Part shown: positions 10,236 to 19,497 of the stretch, one piece after another | How positions within the stretch are numbered: the first letter of the stretch is position 1 | Layout: the number at the start of each line of letters is the position of its first letter | Source of the DNA: Lentisphaerota bacterium | GTDB taxonomy: Bacteria; Verrucomicrobiota; Kiritimatiellia; RFP12; JAAYNR01 | Direction: 5' to 3' | Assembly: GCA_016873675.1 (NCBI GenBank) | Contig: VGWG01000006.1 | Span: 1,200-65,199 of the forward strand | Length of the DNA: 64,000 nucleotides | Notes under the pieces: model-generated | The model's database searches: none | Seen by the model: the letters and a program-made list of their open reading frames with translations, nothing else | What the model was told of the DNA's origin: nothing | Translations under genes and position numbers: made by a program

Positions 10236-11129
10236 ATGCAAAGCATCCCCGTCCTGACCGTCCGAGGCGGTTCGCTTGCCGAAGCCTACGAGCGCGCCTT
10301 GATCGCCCTGTACCGCGGCGGCATCCGCTTCCGCACGCAGTACGACAAACCGGGCGACCCGTTAAGCCTCGATGCCACGATGAACATCACCATCGACGAC
10401 CCGCTGGCCGATCCCATGATCCACAAGGCTTTCCCCGGCGGCATTTCCGACCTGCGCGAATATGTCTACGAGCTGGAGGGACGCAAGGATCACTGGGTCA
10501 AGGCGATCAACGATCCCGCCGACACCCGCTGGGAGTACACCTATCACGGCCGCCTGCAGAACTATGGTCAGTGGAAGGAGCGCGGCGCCGACGGCAAAAA
10601 CCAGATTGTCGGCCCGTTTCAGGTCGATCAGATCGCCTATGTCATCGACAAACTGGTTGCGCAGCCCTTCACCCGGCAGGCGCAGATGATCACCTGGATG
10701 CCCAACCACGACCTCGCCTGCTACGACCCGCCGTGCCTGCAGTCGCTTTGGTACCGGATCTTGGAGGACGATACCGGCGTGCAGTGGCTCAACGCCAATG
10801 TCCGTTTCCGTTCCAACGACGCCTGGGGGGCGAACTTCATGAATATGTTCGGCTTCATCCAGTTCAACCAGACCGTCATCGCTGCCGAGGTCGCGCGCCG
10901 CTCAGGCAAGCCGGTGCGCCTCGCGCGCATGAATTGGCAGGCCGACTCTTATCACATTTACGGCAAGGACATCGAACAGGCCGAACAGCGGCTCTTCAGC
11001 CGGTTGGAAACGACCGCATTCGAAGACCGGATCTACTCTTTCCACGACCCGGCCATCACCGAGATGTACCACGAGGAGGAGGCCGCCATTCTCCGCAAAA
11101 TCGACGAGATGTCGCGCCGGATGGGATGA
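10236..11129 (+). CDS. Thymidylate synthase (ThyA)-family protein, divergent
   Basis: Alignable to the ThyA catalytic core. RQAQMITWMPNHD matches RRIIVSAWN. PPCLQSLWY matches the catalytic APCHALFQFY Cys. RSNDAWGANFMNMFGF matches RSCDVFLGLPFNIASY. ADSYHIYG matches GDTHLYSNH. The N-terminal phosphate-binding RTGTGT region is not conserved. AGGAG ribosome-binding site 9 nt upstream of ATG 10236. Confidence 0.7.
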   Translation: MQSIPVLTVRGGSLAEAYERALIALYRGGIRFRTQYDKPGDPLSLDATMNITIDDPLADPMIHKAFPGGISDLREYVYELEGRKDHWVKAINDPADTRWEYTYHGRLQNYGQWKERGADGKNQIVGPFQVDQIAYVIDKLVAQPFTRQAQMITWMPNHDLACYDPPCLQSLWYRILEDDTGVQWLNANVRFRSNDAWGANFMNMFGFIQFNQTVIAAEVARRSGKPVRLARMNWQADSYHIYGKDIEQAEQRLFSRLETTAFEDRIYSFHDPAITEMYHEEEAAILRKIDEMSRRMG

Positions 11130-11735
11130 CCCCGCCGGCCGGGCGCGGCGTCCCTGCCGCGCCGCAGATCATGACGAAGGCCACAGGGAATGCGCGTAAG
11201 AGGGTCTGTGAGTGTGGGAGTGTGGGAGAGTGTCTGCGCGAAAGCGGGCAGCGGCGTCTCGCCGCGCCGAAAGACAAAGGGAATGCGCGAAGCGGCGTGT
11301 GAGTTGTCGGGGGCGGGGCAGAATCCCCCTTTCATTTCGATAGCGATCCCGATCCCGATAGCGATCAATGTCTTTATCCATTCGCTTGCGGCGCGGCGGG
11401 ACGCCGCTTCACTGCCACTCACACACCCACACACTGTCACATACCCATCCTGTCACTAACCAACTACGCCGTTCCCCTTCATTCCGCTTGACCCGCCCGC
11501 CCATTATCTATACCCTTTTCGACATGGCGGGGGTGAGTTTCGCCCCGCCTCAGCCCGCCCGTGTGGGTTGGGTTGATCTAGTTCGGTGAGCCATAGCAGG
11601 GACGCAAAGCCTCAAAATGCTTCCGCAAGTGCTTGGAAATGAAGCAGACGGTTGATCTATAGGAAGGGAAGCCCTGCTATTTTCCCTGCTAAGTTTGATC
11701 CTTAATCAGAGGTCGGCAAGAACGGAGTAGATGAA

Positions 11736-12119
11736 ATGATGAAGCCAACGATCTCTTGTGCTCTGATTGCGATGGTTCTCGTTGGTTGTGCAACGTCCCC
11801 AGATTCAGGCGGAAGCGCGCAACGCACCAATACTGCTGTCGTTGCTGTCGCGCAGACACTCGAAAGACAACGTCCCCCTGTGTCGGTGAGTGAAGCCCTG
11901 AGCCGCGCAGAAAAGTACGTATCCGAGCAGAAGATCGACATCTCAAAACATTTCGTCAGTTCGGCGCACTATGTGGAGGCAGGCAGCTGGACAGATAGTT
12001 CGATCGGTAAGGGACCCTACTGGCAAGTCACCTACAAACTCCTTCAACGCGCTGACGGCGGACAGCACTTTATCCTAGTGTATATGGGCGGCAAGGTCGG
12101 TCACATTGGTGGACTGTAA
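11736..12119 (+). CDS. Small lipoprotein, unknown function
   Basis: Signal peptide with lipobox (ALIAMVLVGC). Lies inside a ~1.1 kb low-GC stretch. Confidence 0.45.
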   Translation: MMKPTISCALIAMVLVGCATSPDSGGSAQRTNTAVVAVAQTLERQRPPVSVSEALSRAEKYVSEQKIDISKHFVSSAHYVEAGSWTDSSIGKGPYWQVTYKLLQRADGGQHFILVYMGGKVGHIGGL

Positions 12120-12145
12120 GGAAACGGAGCCGAACATCGGCGTGC

Positions 12146-12469
12146 ATGGAAGGCTCGCAAGCTCGCCGCCCCTGCTGCGCAACGTTCGGACACGACAACA
12201 TGAGAAGCGCAGGAACGTTCTCTCCGATCAGTGTCGCCACGGCTACACAAATCGCCTCGGTGGGGTTCGCCGTGTGGTTTATGTTCACTTCCCTAAAACT
12301 GTCCTGTTCCATGTCGGGGAGCGTGGGTGCGGTCGCGATTCTTGCGCACACAATCAACTCCGTCTTGCTTCTCGTTGCGGTTCTTTTCGAGCGCCGGTGG
12401 CGCTTGATTTTCATTCCGATTGTGTCATGGTTTGTGGTTACGACTCTGGTTGCAATGTCGATGCACTGA
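12146..12469 (+). CDS. Possible small membrane protein
   Basis: Hydrophobic segments (IASVGFAVWFMF, VGAVAILAHTINSVLLLVAVLF). Low-GC region. A competing minus-strand ORF exists, so the call is weak. Confidence 0.25.
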   Translation: MEGSQARRPCCATFGHDNMRSAGTFSPISVATATQIASVGFAVWFMFTSLKLSCSMSGSVGAVAILAHTINSVLLLVAVLFERRWRLIFIPIVSWFVVTTLVAMSMH

Positions 12470-12703
12470 ACCATAATATGAATGTCCGAACACGCCGTCC
12501 TAGCCTCTCGCCGGGAAGCGCCATTCAGGCCTGTCCCTAGTCAGACCTCTTACACTTAACCGGATGCTTCGTCGCCACTTTTAACCGGATACCCTTAAAC
12601 GACCCACTATTACTGTCCTCGATGACCGCTCTTTGTCTCTTCGGGATAGATTAAGACCCGAGATTAAGATCTGAGACACAGGACCCAGTTTCCCTTATAC
12701 CTA

Positions 12704-14221
12704 TTACGATTTATGATTGGTTGCGATCTCCTGAAAACGCGCGAAGGTGGCGTCCCAAACGGCGGTGTCGCCGGGCAGGAAGGTCTTGATGGGGAAGGCG
12801 GACCGGATGAGCGGCTGCGCCTCGGCCATGCTGCTGATCACGCCGAGGGCCATGGCTTGCACCATGAGGTTGCCCACAGCGGTTCCCTCTTTCGGGCCGG
12901 CGTGCACCGGCCGGGCGATGGCATCGGCGGTGAATTGGTTGAGCAACGCATTGCCGCTGCCGCCGCCCACGATATGGACTGCCTGCGTCGGCGTGCCGCA
13001 GATCGCGCAGATCTGCTCGTTCACCAGCCGGTACTTCAACGCCAGACTCTCGTAGACGATGCGCAGAATGGCGCCGCGGTCGGCCGGCTGCCGCTGGCCG
13101 GTTTCGGCGAGGAAGGCGCGGATGGCGTCCTCCATGTTGGCCGGATTGTAGAAACGGGCGTTGTCGGGGTCGATGAAGGCGCTGAAGGCTGGCGCGGCGG
13201 GGGTGATCGTGTCGACCTCGGACCATTCCATGCGGCGGCCGTCGGCGGCCTCCCAGCCCCGCAGCAACTCCTGAACAATCCAAGTCCCCATGCAGTTTTT
13301 GAGGAACCGGGTGTTGTCAATCCCCCCCTCGTTGCTGATATTCGCGGTCATCGCTGCATCATGGGTGATCGGCTGGTCAACGAGCCGGCCCACCAGCGAC
13401 CACGTTCCCGAGCTGATGATGAGGGCGTGCCGGGCGTCTGCGACCGGGGCTGCGGCAAAGGCGCTGGCCGTGTCGTGCGAGGCGACGGCCACGATGGCGG
13501 CCTCGTTCAGCCCGAGCGTGGCGGCGAGCGGCGGGCGCAACGCGCCGATGACCGTTCCGGGGGCAACGATCGGCGGCATGATCCGCGCCGGGATCTTCAA
13601 TGCGCGCAGCACGTCGCGGGACCATGTCCGCCGCTTGGCGTCCATGAGCTGCGTCACGCTCGCCCACGAAGAATCCACCGCCGTGCACCCCCCGAGATAG
13701 AAATTGAACAGCGCCGGAATGGGGAGGAACAGGGCGGTGAGCTTGCGCAGCTCCGGCCGCCTCGTGGCGAACCAGCGCAACTGGTTGCTCATGTTGAAGG
13801 GCTGGAAGTGGATGCCGGTGATGCCGTAAAGCCGTCGCGCGTCGATGCACGCCTTGACCTCCTCGCACATCGTGTCGAGACGGTGATCACGGTAGCAATG
13901 GGTCTTGCCCAGCAACTCGCCGTCGGCGCTAAAATAGGCGCCATCCGCGCCCCAGGTGTCGAGGCCGATCGCGTCAAGCTGGCCGCCAAACGTTCGCTTG
14001 TAGGCATGAAGCCCCTTGATGATGTTGTCGTAGATCCAGGTGTCATCCCAATACGTCCGCTCGGTCACGGCGCCCGTCCGGTCCGCCAGAAAGAACGACG
14101 TGCCGCCGTGTGCGAAGCGGTGAACCTCCTGCATGCGGAAGCCGCCGCCCTCCGGAAAGATGCCCGCAAAACACTTGCCGCCCGAAGCGCCCAGATCGAC
14201 CGCCAACACCTTGATGTCCAT
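12704..14221 (-). CDS. rhaB: Rhamnulokinase (FGGY-family carbohydrate kinase)
   Basis: Blocks shared with E. coli RhaB: VLAVDLGASGGK, YRDHRLD, AVASHDTASAFA, SSGTWSLVG, ANISNEGG, LKNCMGTW and HIVGGGSGNALLNQFTADA. Start taken at MDIKVLAV (14221). The ORF-track N-terminal extension was rejected. Confidence 0.8.
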   Translation of the reverse strand: MDIKVLAVDLGASGGKCFAGIFPEGGGFRMQEVHRFAHGGTSFFLADRTGAVTERTYWDDTWIYDNIIKGLHAYKRTFGGQLDAIGLDTWGADGAYFSADGELLGKTHCYRDHRLDTMCEEVKACIDARRLYGITGIHFQPFNMSNQLRWFATRRPELRKLTALFLPIPALFNFYLGGCTAVDSSWASVTQLMDAKRRTWSRDVLRALKIPARIMPPIVAPGTVIGALRPPLAATLGLNEAAIVAVASHDTASAFAAAPVADARHALIISSGTWSLVGRLVDQPITHDAAMTANISNEGGIDNTRFLKNCMGTWIVQELLRGWEAADGRRMEWSEVDTITPAAPAFSAFIDPDNARFYNPANMEDAIRAFLAETGQRQPADRGAILRIVYESLALKYRLVNEQICAICGTPTQAVHIVGGGSGNALLNQFTADAIARPVHAGPKEGTAVGNLMVQAMALGVISSMAEAQPLIRSAFPIKTFLPGDTAVWDATFARFQEIATNHKS

Positions 14222-14374
14222 ACCGGCTCCTTGATCAAATGAGTGGGGCATCATAGCATGGTTTGAAACCAACCGCAACCGATGAACGGACCCCAGCAGC
14301 AAATGGGGCGCAGTCACAGTTTCTTTGCGACGCCAGCGGTTGTGTGCCTATGCCTTTCGGGTGGCAAAGGTGGG

Positions 14375-14431
14375 ACAGGCATTCTTGCCTGTCCGGATCA
14401 CGGATCGTAGAAAACAGGCAGGAATGCCTGT
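14375..14431. promoter_or_regulatory. Near-perfect 18-bp inverted repeat pair (ACAGGCATTCTTGCCTGT ... ACAGGCAGGAATGCCTGT) with a 21-nt spacer; candidate operator or structured element
   Basis: The second arm is the reverse complement of the first with one mismatch. Each arm is itself a small hairpin. It sits in the intergenic region between the rhaB start (14221) and the GT4 start (14567). Confidence 0.4.
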
Positions 14432-14566
14432 TTGACCTTCCGCGAGGATTTAAGCAAAGAAATTGTGACTGCGCCTAGGCCGAACGTGGCCATTGCATTC
14501 AGCTTCCGGCAGTGATAGAATAGCCCCCATTGACGTGGAAGAGTAATGTCCTTTTGGGGTGTTCCC

Positions 14567-15730
14567 ATGCGCGTGCTTCTGGTCGAAACGATTTCTGAAA
14601 TGGGTGGGGCTCAGTGGAGCCTGTTCGAGTTAGCGTGTCAACTCAAACACGATGGTGTTGACCTGCTCGCGTTGGTGCCTAGGGGACCGTTGCAGACCAG
14701 GCTGAAAGACGCGGGGGTTCCGGTCGAATCCATTCCCTCGTTCCGGGCGCGCCGCAAGCCGTTGGCTCTGTTGGCTCAGGTCTTGATGGGCGCGAGCGAA
14801 ACCGCGCAGATTCGCAAGACCACTTGGCTGTTCAAGCCAGACCTCATCCACGCCAACTCGGTCACCGCCGGGCTGCTCGTCCTGCCGCTGGCCCGCAGCC
14901 GGGCGGTCGTCTGTCACGTCCGTGACCTCCGTTTCCCGGTCAAGCCGATGCTCCAGATCGCCCGGCAGGCGCGGCGGATTGTGGCGGCATCCGAACCCAT
15001 AGACAATGCCTTGAGCGAATTTCTGCGCGGTTCGGCGCGAAGTCGGCTGGTTCGTGTCGTGAACGGCATCACGATCGGCCGCTTGGCGCCAGGCGATTCG
15101 GCCCCGGCGCGGCACGCCTGCGGGCTCCCCGCCGGCGTGCCGGTCATAGGCATGATTGCGCATCTGACGCCGTGGAAGCGGCACGAGGTCTTCATCGAAA
15201 TGGCGGCTCAAATCGCCCAGAAACGCCCCGATGCCCATTTTGTCAGCGTCGGGCGCGACCTGCTGGGCGAACACAAACTCTACCGAAAATCACTTCGCCA
15301 GCTTGTCGCCTCCCGCGGGCTCGATGCGGCGTTTCACTGGTTCGAAGAGATCAGCGACGTCCGCGAGGTTCTTCAGGCCATGGACGTCCTGGTCCACCCG
15401 CCTCACGACGAACCGTTCGGCCGCGTCCTCTGCGAGGCGATGGCCATGCGCAAACCGGTCGTCGCTGTCCGGCAAAACGGTCCGGTTGCCATCGTCGAGA
15501 ACGGGGTGAGCGGCCTCCTGGTGGGCGCCCCCCAGCCGGAATTTTTCGCGAAAGCGGTGCTTCAGATTTTGGATAACCCCGCTCAGGCCGAAGCGATGGG
15601 CGAAGCGGGACGGAAGCGGGTTAGTGACCGGTTCAACATCACCCGCACCGCCAGTCAGATGCGGGCCGTCTACAAGACGGCAATCAAGGATTTCGAGCTG
15701 GAGCGCCTCGCGCACACGGACGCGGATTAA
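14567..15730 (+). CDS. Glycosyltransferase family 4 (GT-B fold)
   Basis: C-terminal GT4 motif EPFGRVLCEAMAMRKPVVAVRQNGPVAIVENGVSGLLV. Start at MRVLLVE. Confidence 0.8.
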   Translation: MRVLLVETISEMGGAQWSLFELACQLKHDGVDLLALVPRGPLQTRLKDAGVPVESIPSFRARRKPLALLAQVLMGASETAQIRKTTWLFKPDLIHANSVTAGLLVLPLARSRAVVCHVRDLRFPVKPMLQIARQARRIVAASEPIDNALSEFLRGSARSRLVRVVNGITIGRLAPGDSAPARHACGLPAGVPVIGMIAHLTPWKRHEVFIEMAAQIAQKRPDAHFVSVGRDLLGEHKLYRKSLRQLVASRGLDAAFHWFEEISDVREVLQAMDVLVHPPHDEPFGRVLCEAMAMRKPVVAVRQNGPVAIVENGVSGLLVGAPQPEFFAKAVLQILDNPAQAEAMGEAGRKRVSDRFNITRTASQMRAVYKTAIKDFELERLAHTDAD

Positions 15731-15732
15731 AC

Positions 15733-16539
15733 CTAGCGCCCGTGCGCCAGCCACCCCAGCGACGCCGCTCCCGCGCAGAGGCAATAGACGGCGCAATGCC
15801 AGAACCGGTCGCGGCACAACAGACGCACCAGGAGCCCGATCGCCGCATAACCGACCCCCGCCGCCACGCACGCCCCGACGATGTAATGCGCCGTCCCGAG
15901 CGCGGCGCCGCTGGCGGTTGGCCCCTCCTGCAGGAAATCAACGGCCACGGCACCGATCAGCACCGGGATCGACATCAGGAAAGAAAACTCGGCCGCTTGG
16001 TCTGGTCGCACGCCCAGATGGCGCGCCACGGTGATCGTGCTCCCCGACCGGCTGATCCCCGGCAATAGGGCCATCGCCTGCATGCAGCCGATCCACCACG
16101 CGCGCCACACGGTCATCGGACCGCCGTCCGCGCGCCGGGCAAACCGCACCGAGAACAACAGGCCGCCCGTCACCAGCAGCAGCCACGAAGCCACGACCGC
16201 CGTCTGCCGCTGGTTGCCGAACAAGGCGTCAAGCCGATCACCAAACACGATCCATATCCCAATGGCCGGAACCGACGATAGCGCCAGCAACCCGCCCATT
16301 AGCCAGGCGGCTCGCGACCCCGTCAACACCCCCATCACGAGGTCCGCCAGCCGGTTGCGGTAGAAAGCCACCACCGCCATCAGCGTTCCAAGATGCAACA
16401 CGACTTCGAGGTGAACGCCGGGAGCGTTTAAGCCGAGGAGTTCCTTGCCGATGAGCAGATGCGCAGAACTGCTGACGGGGAGAAACTCGGTCACGCCCTG
16501 GACAACCGCCAGAATCAGCACGCTGACCCAATCGTGCAT
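15733..16539 (-). CDS. uppP: Undecaprenyl-diphosphatase
   Basis: N-terminal BacA motif VQGVTEFLPVSSSAHL and multi-TM topology. Start at MHDW (16539). The longer ORF-track N-terminus translates through the tRNA and was rejected. Confidence 0.85.
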   Translation of the reverse strand: MHDWVSVLILAVVQGVTEFLPVSSSAHLLIGKELLGLNAPGVHLEVVLHLGTLMAVVAFYRNRLADLVMGVLTGSRAAWLMGGLLALSSVPAIGIWIVFGDRLDALFGNQRQTAVVASWLLLVTGGLLFSVRFARRADGGPMTVWRAWWIGCMQAMALLPGISRSGSTITVARHLGVRPDQAAEFSFLMSIPVLIGAVAVDFLQEGPTASGAALGTAHYIVGACVAAGVGYAAIGLLVRLLCRDRFWHCAVYCLCAGAASLGWLAHGR

Positions 16540-16550
16540 CAACACCCCCC

Positions 16551-16580
16551 AAAAAAACCGCGTCCCGTGACGCGGTTTTT
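16551..16580. terminator. Bidirectional rho-independent terminator-like hairpin (AAAAAAACCGCGTC-ccgt-GACGCGGTTTTT)
   Basis: GC stem of 8-9 bp flanked by an A-run on one side and a T-run on the other. It sits immediately 3' of tRNA-Asp on the minus strand. Confidence 0.5.
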
Positions 16581-16597
16581 GGATGCTTCTTAAAAAT

Positions 16598-16674
16598 TGG
16601 CGGGAGCGACGGGGCTCGAACCCGCAACTTCCGGATCGACAGTCCGGTACGCTAACCAATTGCGCCACGCCCCC
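16598..16674 (-). tRNA. tRNA-Asp (anticodon GTC), 77 nt with encoded CCA
   Basis: Hand-folded cloverleaf. Acceptor GGGGGCG/CGCTCCC with one G-U pair, U8, D-stem GCGC/GCGT, anticodon stem CCGGA/TCCGG, loop CTGTCGA, T-stem GCGGG/CCCGT, T-loop TTCGAGC, discriminator G, then CCA. Confidence 0.9.
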
Positions 16675-16773
16675 GCAGAAAAGAGTCCACACTATATCGT
16701 TATCTGCTGGAGAATGCAAGCGTGATTTTAAAAAAATATCCGCTGGCCTCCCCAGCCCCCCCGTGTTATCGTC

Positions 16774-18087
16774 ATGCCAATGGTTCCACAGTGGATAATC
16801 GAGAAGAAACGCGACGGCCGCGAGCTCAGCGCCGACGAGATCGGCGCCTTTATTGAAGGGTACACCGCTGGCGACATCCCCGACTACCAGATGGCGGCCC
16901 TGGCGATGGCTGTTGTCTTCCGGGGCATGACGCCCGACGAGACCGCCGCGCTGACCGACGCGATGATGCGCTCAGGGGACGTCCTTTCCTTTTCCGACTG
17001 GCCCCGCCCGACGGCCGACAAGCACTCGACCGGCGGCATCGGAGACAAGATATCGCTGGTGCTCGGCCCCCTCGCCGCCTCTGCCGGCCTGGCCGTCCCC
17101 ATGATCTCAGGCCGCGGACTCGGCCTCACCGGCGGCACCCTCGACAAGTTGGAGTCGATCCCCGGTTTCACCACGCGGCTCTCGCCGGACGCCTTTCGAT
17201 CCGCCCTCGGCCGCGCCGGTTGCGCCATCATCGGCCAAACCGACCGCCTCGCTCCCGCCGACCGCAAGCTCTATGCCCTGCGCGATGTCACCGGCACGGT
17301 TCCGAGCATCCCACTCATCACCGCCAGCATCCTGTCCAAGAAACTCGCCGAGGGCGCCGCGACGCTCGTTCTGGATGTCAAGTGCGGGCGCGGCGCCTTC
17401 ATGCGTACACCCGAACAGGCTCGCGCGCTGGCCGATAGCCTGCTCCGCGTCGGCCGTGCCCTTGGCCGCAACATGGCCGCCCTGATCACCGACATGGAGC
17501 AGCCCCTCGGACGCACGGTGGGCAATGCCCTCGAAGTGCGTGAGGCGGTCGAGGTTCTCCGGGGTGGCGGCCCCGTCGATGTCCGCAGTCTGACCCTGAC
17601 CCTGACCGCCCGCATGTGCCTGCTCTCTGGGCTGGCCACTGACGCGGCGACGGCTGAACGGGAGCTCGCCGCGCGCCTCGACGACGGCCGCGCGCTGTCC
17701 GCTTTCCGCGATATGGTCGCCGCCCAAGGCGGCGACATCCGCGTGGCCGACGACCCTGGCGCGGTTTTGCCTGCGGCGGCGGCGATAGCGATCCTGCCCG
17801 CCCCCGCCGACGGATGGGTCGCCCGTGTGGACGCCGAGATCATCGGCCGCGTCGTCCTCCAACTCGGCGCGGGGCGCCGCCGCAGCGATGACGCCATTGA
17901 CCCTGCCGCTGGCGTGGACCGCCTCGTTCAGTGCGGTGACCAGGTCTGCCGCGGCGAGCCCCTCATGCGTCTTCATGCAGCGACTCCCGACCTGATTGCA
18001 GCCGTCCGCGATGCCGCCTGCGGCGCGGTCCTCCTCGCCCATGCGCCGGTCACACGACCGCCCCTGATTCTGGAAACCCGTTTGTAG
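16774..18087 (+). CDS. deoA: Thymidine/pyrimidine-nucleoside phosphorylase
   Basis: N-terminal IIEKKRDGRELS ... DKHSTGGIGDK phosphate-binding motif. 437 aa. Confidence 0.9.
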   Translation: MPMVPQWIIEKKRDGRELSADEIGAFIEGYTAGDIPDYQMAALAMAVVFRGMTPDETAALTDAMMRSGDVLSFSDWPRPTADKHSTGGIGDKISLVLGPLAASAGLAVPMISGRGLGLTGGTLDKLESIPGFTTRLSPDAFRSALGRAGCAIIGQTDRLAPADRKLYALRDVTGTVPSIPLITASILSKKLAEGAATLVLDVKCGRGAFMRTPEQARALADSLLRVGRALGRNMAALITDMEQPLGRTVGNALEVREAVEVLRGGGPVDVRSLTLTLTARMCLLSGLATDAATAERELAARLDDGRALSAFRDMVAAQGGDIRVADDPGAVLPAAAAIAILPAPADGWVARVDAEIIGRVVLQLGAGRRRSDDAIDPAAGVDRLVQCGDQVCRGEPLMRLHAATPDLIAAVRDAACGAVLLAHAPVTRPPLILETRL

Positions 18088-18104
18088 GAGGAGAGACACC
18101 GCCC

Positions 18105-18596
18105 ATGTCTAAACAGAAAACACCCCCTGACCCGCCAACGGCCCGATCACTCGCCGCCGCCGCCCGCAAAGCCGCGACACGCGCGCACGCCCCGTATTCC
18201 GGGTTTCACGTCGGCGCAGCGCTGCTGGCCGGGGACGGACGGATCTTCACCGGCTGCAATATTGAGAACGCATCCTATGGCCTGACCCTCTGCGCCGAGC
18301 GGGTGGCGCTCGCCAAGGCCGTCAGCGAGGGCGCGACAGACTTCCGTGCTCTGGCCATCGCTGGCGGCACCGCCGCCACCCCCGCCACGCCCTGCGGTGC
18401 CTGCCGCCAGGTCCTCGCCGAATTCTGTCCGCCCCGCATGCCCATCTGGTACGCCGGCCTGGCCGCCGGAACCGCTCGCGCCACCACCCTCGGCAAGCTC
18501 CTGCCGCACGCCTTCACACGGCCCCGCACACGAGGCTTGTCAGGTGCGCCCGCTTGCCGTATGCTTTCACCCACAGCCGCAGGGTCGCTGACGTAG
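18105..18596 (+). CDS. cdd: Cytidine deaminase
   Basis: Zn-binding motifs CAERVALAKAV and PCGACRQVLAEF. The 3' end overlaps the dapA start region. Confidence 0.8.
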   Translation: MSKQKTPPDPPTARSLAAAARKAATRAHAPYSGFHVGAALLAGDGRIFTGCNIENASYGLTLCAERVALAKAVSEGATDFRALAIAGGTAATPATPCGACRQVLAEFCPPRMPIWYAGLAAGTARATTLGKLLPHAFTRPRTRGLSGAPACRMLSPTAAGSLT

Positions 18597-18625
18597 CGTG
18601 GCCCGGCTGGGGAGGAATCTTCATC

Positions 18626-19492
18626 ATGTTCACCGGCACCTACACCGCGATTGTCACTCCTTTCAACCGGGATGGCTCGGTCGACTTCGGCTGCTTCAGC
18701 GCGCTGATCGACTGGCAGATCGCCTCGGGCGTGGACGGCATCGTCCCCGTCGGCACCACGGGCGAATCGCCCACCCTCGAAATGGACGAACATCTGAAGG
18801 TGATTGAAGCCGCCGTCGCAACCGCCGCCGGCCGCGTCCAAGTAATCGCAGGCACCGGCGCCAATTCCACAGCCGAGGCCCTCCAGCTCACCCGCGGCGT
18901 TCTGAACATCGGCGTTGCTGGCACGCTGCAAGTGACGCCCTACTACAACAAGCCGAATCAGGAGGGGCTGTATCGTCACTTCTCCGCCATCGCCGACCTC
19001 GGCCTCCCCGTCGTCCTGTATAATGTGCCGGGCCGGGCTTCGCGCGAAATTGCCGTTGAAACGGTGGTTCGTCTGGCCGCGCACCCCCAGATCGTCGCCA
19101 TTAAGGAAGCGGGCGGCAGCGTCGAGCGGGTCAGCGCGATTGTCGACGCCTGCGATCTCGTCATCCTGTCCGGTGACGACGGTCTGGCTGTGCCGATGAT
19201 CAGCGTCGGCGCCAGCGGCCTGATCAGCGTCGCCTCCAACGTCGCGCCGCGCGAGGTTGCCGGCATGGTCCGCGCCGCCTGCTCCGGCGACTTCCGTGCC
19301 GCTGGCACCGCCCACCGCCGTCTCTATCCGCTCTTCCGGGACCTGTTCATCGACACCAACCCGATCCCGGTGAAGGCCGCCCTCGCCCTCCTCGGCCGTT
19401 GCCCCGAAATCTACCGCCTCCCGCTCTGCGAACCCTCGGCCAAGATCCGTGAACAAATCCGCGCCACCCTCACGGCGCTCAAACTGGTGTGA
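18626..19492 (+). CDS. dapA: 4-hydroxy-tetrahydrodipicolinate synthase
   Basis: TAIVTPF ... VPVGTTGES ... KEAGG pattern of DapA. Start at MFTGTYTAIVTPF. Confidence 0.9.
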   Translation: MFTGTYTAIVTPFNRDGSVDFGCFSALIDWQIASGVDGIVPVGTTGESPTLEMDEHLKVIEAAVATAAGRVQVIAGTGANSTAEALQLTRGVLNIGVAGTLQVTPYYNKPNQEGLYRHFSAIADLGLPVVLYNVPGRASREIAVETVVRLAAHPQIVAIKEAGGSVERVSAIVDACDLVILSGDDGLAVPMISVGASGLISVASNVAPREVAGMVRAACSGDFRAAGTAHRRLYPLFRDLFIDTNPIPVKAALALLGRCPEIYRLPLCEPSAKIREQIRATLTALKLV

Positions 19493-19497
19493 CCGCT

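Noticed and set aside
10079-11302. 407-aa ORF overlapping the ThyA-like gene in another frame.
   Set aside because: Pro/Arg-rich low-complexity translation. The ThyA-family frame has conserved catalytic motifs and a ribosome-binding site.
16540-16600. A uppP promoter between the tRNA terminator and the uppP start.
   Set aside because: Only about 11 nt separate the hairpin from the chosen start codon. There is no room for a sigma-70-type promoter. uppP is probably transcribed by read-through, or from a promoter inside or upstream of the tRNA, or uses a downstream start. This is unresolved rather than a feature.
15733-16719. 328-aa version of uppP with an N-terminal extension.
   Set aside because: The extension translates straight through the tRNA-Asp gene and the terminator hairpin. 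The BacA family begins at MHDWVSVLILAVVQGVTEFLPVSSS (16539).
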